The notes: generated from the letters alone by a model not told the origin. Shown: positions 8,519 to 18,963, counted from the first letter of the whole stretch. The stretch is DNA of 63,996 nucleotides, filler included, from an uncultured Methanosarcinales archaeon (GCA_964385185.1; 3 parts of 3 records of this genome joined end to end with filler, not necessarily neighbours in it), one strand, 5' to 3'. Numbers and translations: made by a program.

Positions 8519-10075
8519 ATGGCTAACCTTAAGATTCCAGAAATAAGCAATGATGCAACAATCAATGTAGCTTTGGATACTATTAACAAAGGGAAACAGG
8601 CGTTAATATTTGTTAATTCTAAGAGAAGTGCAGAAAAGACTGCTGAGGAAGTAGGTAAAAAAGTAACAGGAGTTAATGAAGCTTGGAGTGTGTTGAGTAC
8701 TAAGGTTATGAAGGTACTTGCTAGCCCCACAACTCAGTGTAAACGATTATGTGGTTGTCTGCTTAAAGGGGTAGCATTCCATCATGCAGGACTTGCTGCA
8801 AAGCAAAGAGAGTTGATTGAAGATGGTTTTCGGGATGGAGTTGTTAAAGTGATTGCTAGTACTCCGACCTTAGCTGCTGGATTAGATTTACCTGCATTTC
8901 GAGCAGTTATTAGAGATTTGAAACGATTTTGTAATCGGGGAATGGCTCCTATACCTGTTCTGGAATATTTGCAGATGAGTGGTCGTGCAGGAAGGCCTAA
9001 CTATGATACCTTTGGTGAGAGTATTTGTATTGCTAAGAGTGAAGCTGAAAAGGAAGCTATCACTGAAGAATATATTAATGGTGATCCTGAGGAAATTTAT
9101 AGTAAGTTAGCTGTTGAACCTGTTTTGCGGACGTATCTTTTAAGTTTGATAGCGTCAAAATTTGTTCGGTCTCGTAAACAGATTTTAGAATTTTTTGGAA
9201 AAACATTTTGGGCTTATCAATATGAAGATATGGGTAAATTGGAAGAGATAATTGAACGAATGTTACAATTGTTGGAGGAATGGGAATTTATTAAAAGTTC
9301 TAAAGACGATTTTATTAGTGCCGATAATTTGGATAGTGTTACTTATAGGGCTACACTCATGGGAAAACGAGTTGCTGAGCTTTATTTGGATCCTTATACG
9401 GCAAACCAGTTGGTTGAGGGCATTAGGAAAACGCATTCAATTAAATATGGCGACTTTAGTTTCTTTCAGCTTCTTTGTAATACTTTGGAGATGAGGCCAC
9501 TCTTGAATGTTAGACAGAAAGAGTATGATATCGTTGAAGAGGCTATCATGAAGTATGAAGGGACGTTATTGGGTAGTGAGCCTGATTATTTTGATGATGA
9601 GCATGGAGATTATATGAAATCGATTAAGACCTCACTCTTTTTTATGGATTGGGTGGAAGAGAAGGGTGAGGATGCTTTGTTGGAGCATTATGGAATACGT
9701 CCTGGGGAGATTCGATATAAGTTGAACAGTGCGGATTGGTTATTTTATGCGATGGAAGAGTTGACTAGGCTACTTGGTTTTCATGATTTGATTAAAGTGA
9801 TTGGTAGGTTGCGATTTAGAGTTAAACATGGCATTAAAGATGAATTGGTTAGTCTTGTTCGGTTGAAAGGAATCGGTAGAGTGCGTGCTCGGAAATTATT
9901 TAGGAATGGGATTAAAGATGTTCGAGGGTTGAAACAGATTGATGTTGGTAGGTTGGGAGTGATTTTAGGAAAAGGTATGGCTGAGAAGATTAAGAAAGAG
10001 TTAGATCAAGATGTTTCAGTTGTTAAGAAAGGAACTCGGAAAGGTCAGACGAGTGTTGAGAAATTTATTAAGTAA
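8519..10075 (+). CDS. Hel308/Ski2-like helicase lacking the N-terminal RecA1 domain
   Basis: ALIFVNSKR, AFHHAGL, STPTLAAGLDLPA, QMSGRAGRP, C-terminal HhH GIGRVRAR; no Walker A or DExH motif. Confidence 0.85.
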   Translation: MANLKIPEISNDATINVALDTINKGKQALIFVNSKRSAEKTAEEVGKKVTGVNEAWSVLSTKVMKVLASPTTQCKRLCGCLLKGVAFHHAGLAAKQRELIEDGFRDGVVKVIASTPTLAAGLDLPAFRAVIRDLKRFCNRGMAPIPVLEYLQMSGRAGRPNYDTFGESICIAKSEAEKEAITEEYINGDPEEIYSKLAVEPVLRTYLLSLIASKFVRSRKQILEFFGKTFWAYQYEDMGKLEEIIERMLQLLEEWEFIKSSKDDFISADNLDSVTYRATLMGKRVAELYLDPYTANQLVEGIRKTHSIKYGDFSFFQLLCNTLEMRPLLNVRQKEYDIVEEAIMKYEGTLLGSEPDYFDDEHGDYMKSIKTSLFFMDWVEEKGEDALLEHYGIRPGEIRYKLNSADWLFYAMEELTRLLGFHDLIKVIGRLRFRVKHGIKDELVSLVRLKGIGRVRARKLFRNGIKDVRGLKQIDVGRLGVILGKGMAEKIKKELDQDVSVVKKGTRKGQTSVEKFIK

Positions 10076-11203
10076 TTATTTGTTTTCTCTGTTGTAATGT
10101 GTGAATCCTTCACCTTCAAAGCAATGGTCTAGAATCTTTTCAAATATTTCTGGAGATTTGTACATTCCTGAGACGGACATGGCATTTATTTGTCTGTAGA
10201 TTGATTCTGCTACTAATGGTGCCATGGACATGACACACTTTAGCCATGATGAGTTTTCCTTTATGTAGTCGTCTGATCTTTGGATGGTGTCTGTTGTGAT
10301 AATCTTTGGTTGTGATTTTGCGTTTTGTAATTTTTCTTCAGCTGAGACGTCATGTTTTGGAGAAGCTACCAAATGTGTTGGTAAGAAGTATACTGATTTT
10401 GCTCCATATTTTTCTTTCAGATCTGCTGAAGCTGTGATTAGTGTTCCTCCTGTGTCCATGATGTCGTCGAATACTAAAACGTGTCTGTCTTTGATATTCT
10501 CTGATAGTTGAAGGGATTCTGATTGTGATTCTCCTTGAGTTTCTTCAAATTTTCCTCTCGTTTTTTGTCTCTTTGCTAATGGGAGGTCAAGGTAATTTGC
10601 TGCCTCTTTTGCTGCTAATACTGAACCTGCATCTGGAGAGAGGACTGCTAGGTTTTCTTTATGTGTATTGTTTTGGTAGAATTCTTTGAATAAATGTCGT
10701 TTGATGTACCAACCGAATAACGGGAGTGAGGGAAGATTGTCTACTGGGATGTCAAAGAAGCCTGTAATTTGTTCTGCATGGAGGTGGGAGGTTATGTATC
10801 TCTTAAAATTGTGGCCGCCTGCAGCTTGGAGACAGTCTGCAAACATCTTTGAAGGGATAGGAACTCGTCCGTCGTCCTTTTTATCTCCTCTTGAGTTCAG
10901 GTAGGTTTGGCAGAGCATAAACCCTTCATCGTTGGCTCTTTTTAATGCATCTGTGATGAGTAGGAGGTCATAGTTTGTTTGATCTGGATGACCTACATTA
11001 TGGTTGTGGATTACGAACACTTTATTTCCTCTCACAGACGTTCCTAATTGGGTAAACCTTGAACCGTCTGGGAAGAGTTTGTCTGAAATAATATCTTGTT
11101 TGAATTTTATGGCTTCTGGATGGGTTTTTAGATAGTGAGATACTTTATCTGCGAAAGGTTGTGAGTAGGAGTTTGCGATAAGGACAAAGTCTAGTTTTTC
11201 CAT
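10076..11203 (-). CDS. prs: Ribose-phosphate pyrophosphokinase
   Basis: FPDG, HLHAEQITGFFDIPVDNL, SPDAG, VFDDIMDTGGTL. Confidence 0.93.
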   Translation of the reverse strand: MEKLDFVLIANSYSQPFADKVSHYLKTHPEAIKFKQDIISDKLFPDGSRFTQLGTSVRGNKVFVIHNHNVGHPDQTNYDLLLITDALKRANDEGFMLCQTYLNSRGDKKDDGRVPIPSKMFADCLQAAGGHNFKRYITSHLHAEQITGFFDIPVDNLPSLPLFGWYIKRHLFKEFYQNNTHKENLAVLSPDAGSVLAAKEAANYLDLPLAKRQKTRGKFEETQGESQSESLQLSENIKDRHVLVFDDIMDTGGTLITASADLKEKYGAKSVYFLPTHLVASPKHDVSAEEKLQNAKSQPKIITTDTIQRSDDYIKENSSWLKCVMSMAPLVAESIYRQINAMSVSGMYKSPEIFEKILDHCFEGEGFTHYNRENK

Positions 11204-11313
11204 GTTTTGAAGGGTGCTTGGATGATTTTTAAGGATGTGTATGGTGGAGGATATATGTATGGAAAGGTTTTTATACTACTTTTGTTGAATGTAGACTAGT
11301 TTAGGGGTGAACA

Positions 11314-11523
11314 ATGGTACTATTTGCAAACGGATTTCCAGTTTTAGAACTATTAATGGTCTTTTCTATAATTGTAGTTATCTATCTCGTTTTTTTAGAA
11401 GTTGAGCTTAAGCAACTTCGGAAAGTGAGTAAGAAGTTTCAAGAGGATGAACATGATTTGGTTAAAGAATTGAGATTGTTGCGTGAGGAGATTTCTGAAC
11501 TCAAGGAGATTATTAAAAAATGA
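11314..11523 (+). CDS. Small membrane protein with coiled-coil tail
   Basis: N-terminal hydrophobic helix, SD-like GGGGTGA, ATGA overlap with next gene. Confidence 0.7.
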   Translation: MVLFANGFPVLELLMVFSIIVVIYLVFLEVELKQLRKVSKKFQEDEHDLVKELRLLREEISELKEIIKK

Positions 11524-12767
11524 CTGAACAGATGGTAGGATCTCATAAAGGAGAGAAAATGGCTATGAATAATGAGATGAATATAGAGAAACTCAAGAAC
11601 TTGTTGATTACCTTAGATACTGAAATGGTTGCCTATCGAAAACAAGTAGGGAGTATGGGTAAGTATGATGATGTAATGAAAGTGCTTGAAGAGATGAACG
11701 CTAAATTTACTGCTGTTGAGGAAGATAAAGCTTATACAGAAGAAATGGTAGGAAAGGTGCATGATATTGCACAGCAGGTCAATTCTAAATTCGACGAATT
11801 TTCGGATGCTTTAGGGGCTATTGGAGAATTGAAGCAAAATGTTGAGCACTTAACTACTAATATGCCACAGCATAAACATGTGGTGACTAAGCAGGAGTTG
11901 AATAAAGTTTTGAGGGTACACCATGATGAAGTTACTGGGACACTTAAAGATTACAAACAAGGATTAGATAGAAGCGCAAAGGAATTTGAAGTTCACCATT
12001 TAAAACATCCTCAAGTACGACCTGTTGATGTGGATTTTAGAAATGTAGCGTTGGATAAAGTGGATACGATTAGTAAAGATGTTGCAGGATTAAAAGGATA
12101 TGCTCAAAAGAATTTTCAAGGTGATGAATTAAGTAGGATCCATCATGAAATTAAAACTATTGAGAATCAAAATATATCTACAATTGGTGCTTTAGATTCT
12201 GGTAGTCATAGTAATGAGCATATTGGTGCACATATTGAGAGATCTGCAGAGAAAGTTAAAGGTTTACGGAGTGCATTGATTGGTACAAGTGTAGATACAG
12301 GTAAAAAAGAGAAACTACATCGAGTATTACGAAAACGTCAGTTTAGAACTGCTCATCAAGATGAAGATCATGTTTCCAAAGTTGATATTGGGATTGGTAA
12401 AGTGCGTGAGAGTGCCCTGTCCCATAATCCCATTCATGAAGCGTTTAGTGATGTTCGAAAACAAGTCTATGGAAAAGAGTTGTTAAAAGAAGTTATTTCT
12501 GATGTTGCTTTAGCAAAACAGCAAGCAGCTCCTGATAGTAGTCCTATTGCATTAGATCATGTTATGAGTAACGATACAGTTGATCGATTACAAGAGATGA
12601 TTCGAGTTATTCATGCTAAGATGGCTGGAGGAGATTCTGCTGGAGCTACTTCTGAGTATGAGAGAGCGATGGAATTTTATTTGAAATTACATGAAGAAGA
12701 TAAAGAAGATTTAGATAGAAGTTATGATGCATTAGTTGATGCTTATAATAAGATAGTTGATACGTAA
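11520..12767 (+). CDS. Hypothetical coiled-coil protein
   Basis: 415-aa helical, His-rich ORF coupled to upstream gene. Confidence 0.75.
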   Translation: MTEQMVGSHKGEKMAMNNEMNIEKLKNLLITLDTEMVAYRKQVGSMGKYDDVMKVLEEMNAKFTAVEEDKAYTEEMVGKVHDIAQQVNSKFDEFSDALGAIGELKQNVEHLTTNMPQHKHVVTKQELNKVLRVHHDEVTGTLKDYKQGLDRSAKEFEVHHLKHPQVRPVDVDFRNVALDKVDTISKDVAGLKGYAQKNFQGDELSRIHHEIKTIENQNISTIGALDSGSHSNEHIGAHIERSAEKVKGLRSALIGTSVDTGKKEKLHRVLRKRQFRTAHQDEDHVSKVDIGIGKVRESALSHNPIHEAFSDVRKQVYGKELLKEVISDVALAKQQAAPDSSPIALDHVMSNDTVDRLQEMIRVIHAKMAGGDSAGATSEYERAMEFYLKLHEEDKEDLDRSYDALVDAYNKIVDT

Positions 12768-12771
12768 AGGC

Positions 12772-13068
12772 TTATGGTACTTCGTAGAATTCTTCTGTTG
12801 TGAATGTATGTGAGTGACTAATTTCGCGGGATCTGTAACATAAATGGATGTAATCAATCTTGGTCTTTCCCATGAACAAAATATTAGAAAGCAGGGCTGG
12901 CTGATTTTGAATATGTGTAATAGATTTTGCTTTTTCCAGAAATCCTGGAAGATCACGGTCAATCGATGCTCTTAATTTTCTATTTTCTATTACTTGCGCA
13001 TCTTTTGTCATTTGTCTAATGCCTGAAACACATACTGTATATGGGATGTCACAATCAAAGGAAATCAT
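12772..13068 (-). CDS. Hypothetical protein
   Basis: 98-aa ORF starting immediately after the thermosome stop and filling the gap to the next gene. Confidence 0.45.
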   Translation of the reverse strand: MISFDCDIPYTVCVSGIRQMTKDAQVIENRKLRASIDRDLPGFLEKAKSITHIQNQPALLSNILFMGKTKIDYIHLCYRSREISHSHTFTTEEFYEVP

Positions 13069-14712
13069 CTACATACCCATTCCTGGTGGCATTCCGCCCA
13101 TACCTGGAGGTGGCATTGGAGGTTCAGAGTTTGAAGAACCAGAACCAGCAATAACGTCATCTATTCTTAGGATCATTTCAGCTACTTCAGCTGCAGATGA
13201 GATAGCTTGAGTCTTGATTTTTAGGGGTTCGATAACACCTTCTTTCCAGGCGTCTACAACTTTTCCTGAAAATACATTTATGCCTGCCCCTGTTTGTTTC
13301 TTTTCGTGGGCTGATTTTAGGGCGGTGAGTATGTCAATGGGGTCAAGACCTGCGTTTTCAGCCAGAGTTCTTGGAATGATCTCCATGGCTTCTGCAAATG
13401 CTTTTACTGCTAGTTGTTCTCTTCCCTCTAATTTGTCTGAGAATTTTAATAGTTCACGTGCAAGCTCAACTTCTGTTGCGCCAGCCCCAGCAACTACTTT
13501 TCCAACTTTAAGAGCTGAGATAACATCGCCGATTGCATCTTCCATAGCTCTTTTGATTTCATCAACAACGTGATCTGTACCACCTTTAATTAAAATAGTA
13601 ACTGCTTTTGGATTCTTGCATTTTCTGACATAGGTCATTTCTTCGTCTCCAATTTTAACTTCTTCTACAAGACCTGCTTGACCTAGATCATTTGAAGTTA
13701 AGTCCTTGATGTTTGAGACAATATTAGCCCCTGTTGCTCGCTGGAGTGCTTCCATGTCAGATTTTTTTACTCTTCGCACAGCGTAGATATTTTCTTTTGC
13801 AAGATAGTGTTGGGCAACATCGTCAATGCCTTTTTGGCAGACTAGGACTGTAGCTCCACTAGATTTTATTTTATTTACCATATCATGGAGCATTTTTTCT
13901 TCTTGCTCGATAAAATTGTTTAGTTGTGTTGGATCTGAGATTTGGACTTTGGTGTCTGTCTCAGGTGATTTAATTTCAACAGCAGCATCAACTAATGCTA
14001 TTTTTGCATTGTTTACTTGTCTCTCCATTTGTGGATGGACTCTTTCTTTGTCTAGGACAATTCCTTGGACTAATTCTGTGTCAAATACTGAACCGCCAAC
14101 TTTCTTTTCAACTCTTACGTCTTCTTTGTCGATTGATATGGAGTCTGTAGTTTTTTCTGCAACAGCTTTAACTGCATCAACAGTTATTGCAGCAAGTTGT
14201 TCTTTAGCTGTTTCAGCACCTTTACCAGTCATTGCTGTCATGGCAATCTTTTTTAGAATGTCTGTATCTTTTTCTGTTACCGGTTGTGCCATGTTGTTTA
14301 AGATTAATTGTGCTTGTTCTGCTGCGATTCTGAAACCTTTTGCTAGAACTGTTGGGTGGACGTCTTTATCTAGTAAGTCTTCTGCAGACTTTAATAGTTC
14401 ACCTGCGATAACAACTGCTGTAGTTGTGCCATCTCCTACTTCATTTTCTTGTGTTTTTGCCACTTCAACGATCATTTTGGCTGAAGGGTGTTCAATGTTC
14501 ATTTCCTCTAGAATTGTTACACCATCGTTTGTTACTGTTATGTCTCCTATAGAATCTACAATCATCTTGTCCATCCCTTTTGGACCAAGTGTAGTTCTTA
14601 CTGTGTCTGCGACTTCTTTTGCAGCAGCTATGTTTGCCTTTTGAGCGTTTTTTCCTTGGGTTCTGGTTGAACCTTCAGGAAGGATAAATACTGGTTGTAG
14701 ATCTTTTGTCAT
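13069..14712 (-). CDS. ths: Thermosome subunit (group II chaperonin)
   Basis: [30 protein letters not shown]-rich C-terminus. Confidence 0.97.
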   Translation of the reverse strand: MTKDLQPVFILPEGSTRTQGKNAQKANIAAAKEVADTVRTTLGPKGMDKMIVDSIGDITVTNDGVTILEEMNIEHPSAKMIVEVAKTQENEVGDGTTTAVVIAGELLKSAEDLLDKDVHPTVLAKGFRIAAEQAQLILNNMAQPVTEKDTDILKKIAMTAMTGKGAETAKEQLAAITVDAVKAVAEKTTDSISIDKEDVRVEKKVGGSVFDTELVQGIVLDKERVHPQMERQVNNAKIALVDAAVEIKSPETDTKVQISDPTQLNNFIEQEEKMLHDMVNKIKSSGATVLVCQKGIDDVAQHYLAKENIYAVRRVKKSDMEALQRATGANIVSNIKDLTSNDLGQAGLVEEVKIGDEEMTYVRKCKNPKAVTILIKGGTDHVVDEIKRAMEDAIGDVISALKVGKVVAGAGATEVELARELLKFSDKLEGREQLAVKAFAEAMEIIPRTLAENAGLDPIDILTALKSAHEKKQTGAGINVFSGKVVDAWKEGVIEPLKIKTQAISSAAEVAEMILRIDDVIAGSGSSNSEPPMPPPGMGGMPPGMGM

Positions 14713-14795
14713 TTTTAATTTTCCCCCTTATTTCTTGGATAGAGGGAGCTTAGGTTGATTTATAAATGTATTGGAAAAGCTAACGCTTGTTCCAG

Positions 14796-14880
14796 ACCAA
14801 AGAAACTGTGCGTTTCTTTGGTACCTGAATAATCTAGCGATTATTCCTGTCCACAGAAACTAAAAGTTTCTTTGGTACCT
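14796..14880. repeat. Three-hairpin palindromic intergenic element with 15-bp direct repeat
   Basis: ACCAAAGAAAC/GTTTCTTTGGT, GAATAATC/GATTATTC, AGAAACT/AGTTTCT; GTTTCTTTGGTACCT at 14812-14826 and 14866-14880. Confidence 0.75.
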
Positions 14881-14904
14881 AAATTTATGTTAGAAATAAA
14901 CTAG

Positions 14905-15765
14905 TTATGGCTGAATATATAGGCACTTGATGGATGCAGTAACACTTCCTGCGTTTGGATTAGTATATACTCCTCCTCTGGTTATAAGGCATTCGGTCAA
15001 ATGATGCAGTCCATTACTACTCCGTGCCTCGCCTATAAAAATAGCTCCAGTTTTCGGAATACCGTGTGAACAATCAGCATCTGTCCAAGTATGTCGTCTC
15101 CATTTTGTTCTTAGAGTGGGAAAGAATTTATAACATAGAGTTGCTCTGGAACTTCCGTATTTTGTTAAAATGCCATTAATATTGACTTTACCGTCTCCTT
15201 TGAATGAAATAACATTTATGTCTGGATCTACTCCTCCTTCTGCACCATCACCATGATAAAGGTTAAGTGCATCTTCGGTTCCTGGTGGAATATACCAACC
15301 AAAACGTGAATTAGTAACACCATTAGATCTTCGCAACAGATAATTTGCGACTTGACCTCCACCTTCGTTAATAACTGTAGTAGTAACTGCTTTTGGATCA
15401 CTACCACTAACTGTTAGCCAACTATGTGTTTCTATTGGGTGTGGGGCGGGGGTGCCGATGCCGACTTTACCCATAGCTGTAATTCTTACTTTTTCAGTTC
15501 CATATGTGAAGGTTAAGTCATTACTTGGAGCTACTTCTTGGATATCCCAGAAAACACCATTACCAGCTGTGTCTTCTAGGCGAAGGATACCTAACTCAGC
15601 TGTTCCGGAAACAGATAGACTTGGAATTGGACTGTTAAAATCAATCTGAGAAACATCATGACCATTAGGGGGTGCTGTTGCAATGGCTATTCCTGCTATA
15701 AGAACGACGATTAAAGCTGTGAGGTATGCTAAATGATGTTTTTCTATGTCTATTTGGATACGCAT
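14905..15765 (-). CDS. Membrane-anchored or secreted fibre-like protein
   Basis: N-terminal TM helix; VRITAMGKVGIGT and FKGDGKVNING beta-repeats typical of tail-fibre-like shafts; Cys-containing tip. Confidence 0.7.
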   Translation of the reverse strand: MRIQIDIEKHHLAYLTALIVVLIAGIAIATAPPNGHDVSQIDFNSPIPSLSVSGTAELGILRLEDTAGNGVFWDIQEVAPSNDLTFTYGTEKVRITAMGKVGIGTPAPHPIETHSWLTVSGSDPKAVTTTVINEGGGQVANYLLRRSNGVTNSRFGWYIPPGTEDALNLYHGDGAEGGVDPDINVISFKGDGKVNINGILTKYGSSRATLCYKFFPTLRTKWRRHTWTDADCSHGIPKTGAIFIGEARSSNGLHHLTECLITRGGVYTNPNAGSVTASIKCLYIQP

Positions 15766-15847
15766 ATAGGTTTTTTGGGATTGGGATATAAAAATATTGT
15801 TATTGCAAAGGTTTAAAAAAGAAAGCAAACATAGGAAATGTATGCCA

Positions 15848-16873
15848 ATGGAAAATAATGGTGGAAATGGTAATCTCTCTAATATTTTACAAGAAGATTA
15901 CGAAGGATTAAGGATGCATTTCTTGGAAGGAGATAGTGATAAACCTACAGTTGTCTATGCCAAAGGATTAAGTTATCCTAGTCACGCTTTCCAATGGATG
16001 CATATGTTTAATGCATGTGGTATGGGTGCTGTTTTTGCTCCTTATAGAGGTAGTTGGGGGAGTGAAGGAAGTTTCTTGAGTGAAGCTGGTGATGTACTTT
16101 CTCCTGAGCAAGATGTTGCTGACATGGTTGCTTTTGCAGATCTTTTGAATCCTGATAGTTATGTGATTATTGCGGGGAATTGTTTTGGTGCTTCACCTGC
16201 TTTGGTTGCTGGTGCGCAAGATGATTCCGTTAGTAAAATTATGACTTGGGGTGGGATGATTTATAGTGATGATGTTTCATCAAACATTAGATATTCAACA
16301 TTGACTTATGAATCTCAACCAGGTATTGATCATTTAGTTGATAAGTGCATAGATTTGGGGAGGAATTTGAAGGATGGAGGGATTGAAGGGGAAGAGTATT
16401 TTGATACCTATAATGGGTTTAGCCATGATGTGTGGGAAAAAATGATAAATGGAGGGACTAGTCTTAATCCTTATAGACATCTTTCTGAATTAGCTGACAA
16501 AGATGTGTTATTGTTTGCTCCTAAAGAAGATCATCTAATTCATCCACAGAGGAGTCATGACTTTACGGAAGCTTTGAAGCACTATAATGGGAATGTTACT
16601 TTACATGAACCTGAAGGTGGACATAAGACTGGATTTGGTGAACAGGAAATGGTGCAAACATTGACTTGGATGTTGGGTAAGAGTCCTGAAGAGATGGCAG
16701 GTGGTTTTCAAACCATAGCTGGTTTTGGAAATTATGCTCAGGAAGTGAGTTTTGATGGGAAGACAGTTACTGTTCCTTTTTACGAGCTTAATCGAGAGCA
16801 ATTGCAAGGATTTAAAGATGAAAGATTAGTGCATGATAAGCCTTTGGAAGAATTATTCACTATGATTTACTAG
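15848..16873 (+). CDS. Alpha/beta hydrolase fold protein
   Basis: YRGSWGSEG, nucleophile elbow GNCFG, candidate acid EDHLI and His GGHK. Confidence 0.75.
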   Translation: MENNGGNGNLSNILQEDYEGLRMHFLEGDSDKPTVVYAKGLSYPSHAFQWMHMFNACGMGAVFAPYRGSWGSEGSFLSEAGDVLSPEQDVADMVAFADLLNPDSYVIIAGNCFGASPALVAGAQDDSVSKIMTWGGMIYSDDVSSNIRYSTLTYESQPGIDHLVDKCIDLGRNLKDGGIEGEEYFDTYNGFSHDVWEKMINGGTSLNPYRHLSELADKDVLLFAPKEDHLIHPQRSHDFTEALKHYNGNVTLHEPEGGHKTGFGEQEMVQTLTWMLGKSPEEMAGGFQTIAGFGNYAQEVSFDGKTVTVPFYELNREQLQGFKDERLVHDKPLEELFTMIY

Positions 16874-17474
16874 GTTTTACTTTAATTAAGTCTTTCTTTG
16901 CGTAGTGTCTGACTAAGATTAATGAGGCAATAAGAGATCCTATTGCGTTGAATAAGATGTCAACTGCGTTGTTGAGATAGTCTCCTACAGTGGTTGCTCC
17001 TAGGAAGACTACTCCTGTTAGTTCAATTATTTCTCCTAGAGATGCTAGGCCGAAGCCCACTATGAATATCAAAAATCCAAAATAGAATTTTCTTTTTTTG
17101 ACTCTTTCAATTAATGAAGGTTCTAATAATGAAAAACCGACAAAAGCTAAGAGAAATGATGTGATTGTATGGATTAAATTGTCATAACCGAAGATGAGGA
17201 AATTTAACTCGTAGATTAGTGTTCCTTTGTAGGTGAATAATCCTCCGATGAAGTGTAGTAAACCGTAAAGGGCAAAGATAACTAATATGAATACAGGAAA
17301 TCGTAATTTTTTATGGAGTCCTTCTAGGACGAAAAGACAGAGTATGAGGACAACAGCATAGTATAAGAATTCTGTGTTATCTCGCATAAAGGATAAGATT
17401 GCGAAGAATACGAGGTAAAAATACATGAAGAATAGTACAATATTGTCTTGGCTAAAATGCCTTGTGAGCGACAT
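16860..17474 (-). CDS. Multi-pass membrane protein (DUF2238/YjdF-like)
   Basis: About six hydrophobic segments; LLHFIGG, YDNLIH, EIIE, DILFN pattern. Confidence 0.7.
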   Translation of the reverse strand: MSLTRHFSQDNIVLFFMYFYLVFFAILSFMRDNTEFLYYAVVLILCLFVLEGLHKKLRFPVFILVIFALYGLLHFIGGLFTYKGTLIYELNFLIFGYDNLIHTITSFLLAFVGFSLLEPSLIERVKKRKFYFGFLIFIVGFGLASLGEIIELTGVVFLGATTVGDYLNNAVDILFNAIGSLIASLILVRHYAKKDLIKVKPSKS

Positions 17475-17525
17475 AGTCGTTTTTTTCCCTATAACTTTAT
17501 AAAGATTTTCTTTGTTCTAATGGTT

Positions 17526-18062
17526 ATGATTATTACTATATCTGGGAATCCTGGCAGTGGGAAGAATACTGTTGGGGAAATGCTTGCTAAGGAGTTAAAG
17601 TATGAGTATATTGTTATGGGTGATATTCGGCGGCAGATTGCAGAAGATCGAGGGATTTCATTGGCTGATTTGAATAAATCTGATGAAGAGAGTGGAGAGA
17701 CTGATAAAATCGTAGATGATAAACTCGTTCAGATTGGAAAAGAGCAAGATAATATTGTTGTTGTTGGTCGAGTAGGTTTTCACTTTATTCCTGATTCTTT
17801 TAAGATATTTTTAGATGTTGATGTTGAGGAAGGGGCTAAGCGGATTTCTATTCAAGCTCGAGAACATGAAAAATATAAAGATGTAGAGTATGGAGTGGAG
17901 AAGATTAATGAGAGGATTAAATCGGATGATTTTAGATATAAGAAATTATATTCAATTGATTATTTAGATAAAGAGAATTATGATCTTTGGGTAGATACTA
18001 CCCCTATTTCTGCAAAAGAAGTATTTGATACTGTGTTGGAGAAGGTTAAAGAAAAGATTTAA
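17526..18062 (+). CDS. cmk: Cytidylate kinase (archaeal type)
   Basis: IITISGNPGSGK, RYKKLYSID, YDLWVDT. Confidence 0.92.
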   Translation: MIITISGNPGSGKNTVGEMLAKELKYEYIVMGDIRRQIAEDRGISLADLNKSDEESGETDKIVDDKLVQIGKEQDNIVVVGRVGFHFIPDSFKIFLDVDVEEGAKRISIQAREHEKYKDVEYGVEKINERIKSDDFRYKKLYSIDYLDKENYDLWVDTTPISAKEVFDTVLEKVKEKI

Positions 18063-18087
18063 ATAGCGTCTAGAACCACTATTTTCT

Positions 18088-18816
18088 ATGTTATACTTAA
18101 TAGGAATCGGACTTGGTGATGAGAGAGATATTACTGAGAAAGGTTTAGAGTTGGTACGTAACGCTGATACGGTCTATTTGGAGAGTTATACTTCTACACT
18201 TGCAGTTGGTAAGGAAGCTCTAGAGAAACTGTATGGTTGTGATGTTATTATTTGTGATAGGGAGATGGCTGAGCAAGGGATGGAGGAGATTGTTTTAGAG
18301 AGTAAGAAGAAGAATATTGCTTTTTTAGTTATTGGTGATGTATTTTCGGCTACTACGCATACTAATTATTTAGTTGAGGCTCGGAAGGCTGGAGTTGAGG
18401 TAGAGATTGTTCATAATGCTTCTATTTTGACTGCTGTTGGTGTAACTGGATTACAACTGTATAATTTTGGTAAGGTTACTAGTATTCCTTATCATCATAC
18501 CGATGTAAAAGGACCTGTTAATGTATTGAAAATGAATCAGAAGAATGGAATGCATACTTTGTTTTTGCTTGATTTAGATCCTAGTTCTGACAATTATCTT
18601 AGTATTAAGGAAGCTTGTGCCTATTTGATTAAGAATAAGGTTGACGGTAAGACTATTGCTGTTGGGTGTGCACGATTAGGTAGGAAAGATTTTATTATTA
18701 AGAAATGGACAGTTTCTAGTTTGCAGAAAGTTGACTTTGGAAAGGCACCGTATAGTTTGGTTATTCCTGGCAAAATGCATTTTGCAGAAGAAGAAGCTTT
18801 GGACATGTGGAAATAG
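18088..18816 (+). CDS. dph5: Diphthine synthase
   Basis: MLYLIGIGLGDERDIT, YLESYTS, ATTH, GLQLYNFG, HTLFLLD. Confidence 0.96.
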   Translation: MLYLIGIGLGDERDITEKGLELVRNADTVYLESYTSTLAVGKEALEKLYGCDVIICDREMAEQGMEEIVLESKKKNIAFLVIGDVFSATTHTNYLVEARKAGVEVEIVHNASILTAVGVTGLQLYNFGKVTSIPYHHTDVKGPVNVLKMNQKNGMHTLFLLDLDPSSDNYLSIKEACAYLIKNKVDGKTIAVGCARLGRKDFIIKKWTVSSLQKVDFGKAPYSLVIPGKMHFAEEEALDMWK

Positions 18817-18881
18817 AATTCTAATAGTAATTGCAGTTCAACAAAAAGGTTTTTAAAGGATGTCTCGACCCTATAAGGCAT

Positions 18882-18954
18882 AGCCCCTTGGTGTAGTGGT
18901 CAATCATTATGCCCTTTGGAGGCATAGACGGCGGTTCAAATCCGCCAGGGGCTA
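18882..18954 (+). tRNA. tRNA-Gln(TTG)
   Basis: Acceptor AGCCCCT/AGGGGCT, anticodon arm ATGCC-CT TTG GA-GGCAT, T arm GGCGG-TTCAAAT-CCGCC. Confidence 0.96.
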
Positions 18955-18963
18955 TCCATTTTT

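Noticed and set aside
8103..8730. ORFs 8103-8294 and 8338-8730
   Set aside because: They overlap tRNA or tRNA-like structure and the helicase antisense strand, with no coding signal.
13826..14644. 272-aa plus-strand ORF and similar long antisense ORFs over lig, ileS, purA and eno
   Set aside because: Antisense shadows of conserved genes with no protein-like motifs.
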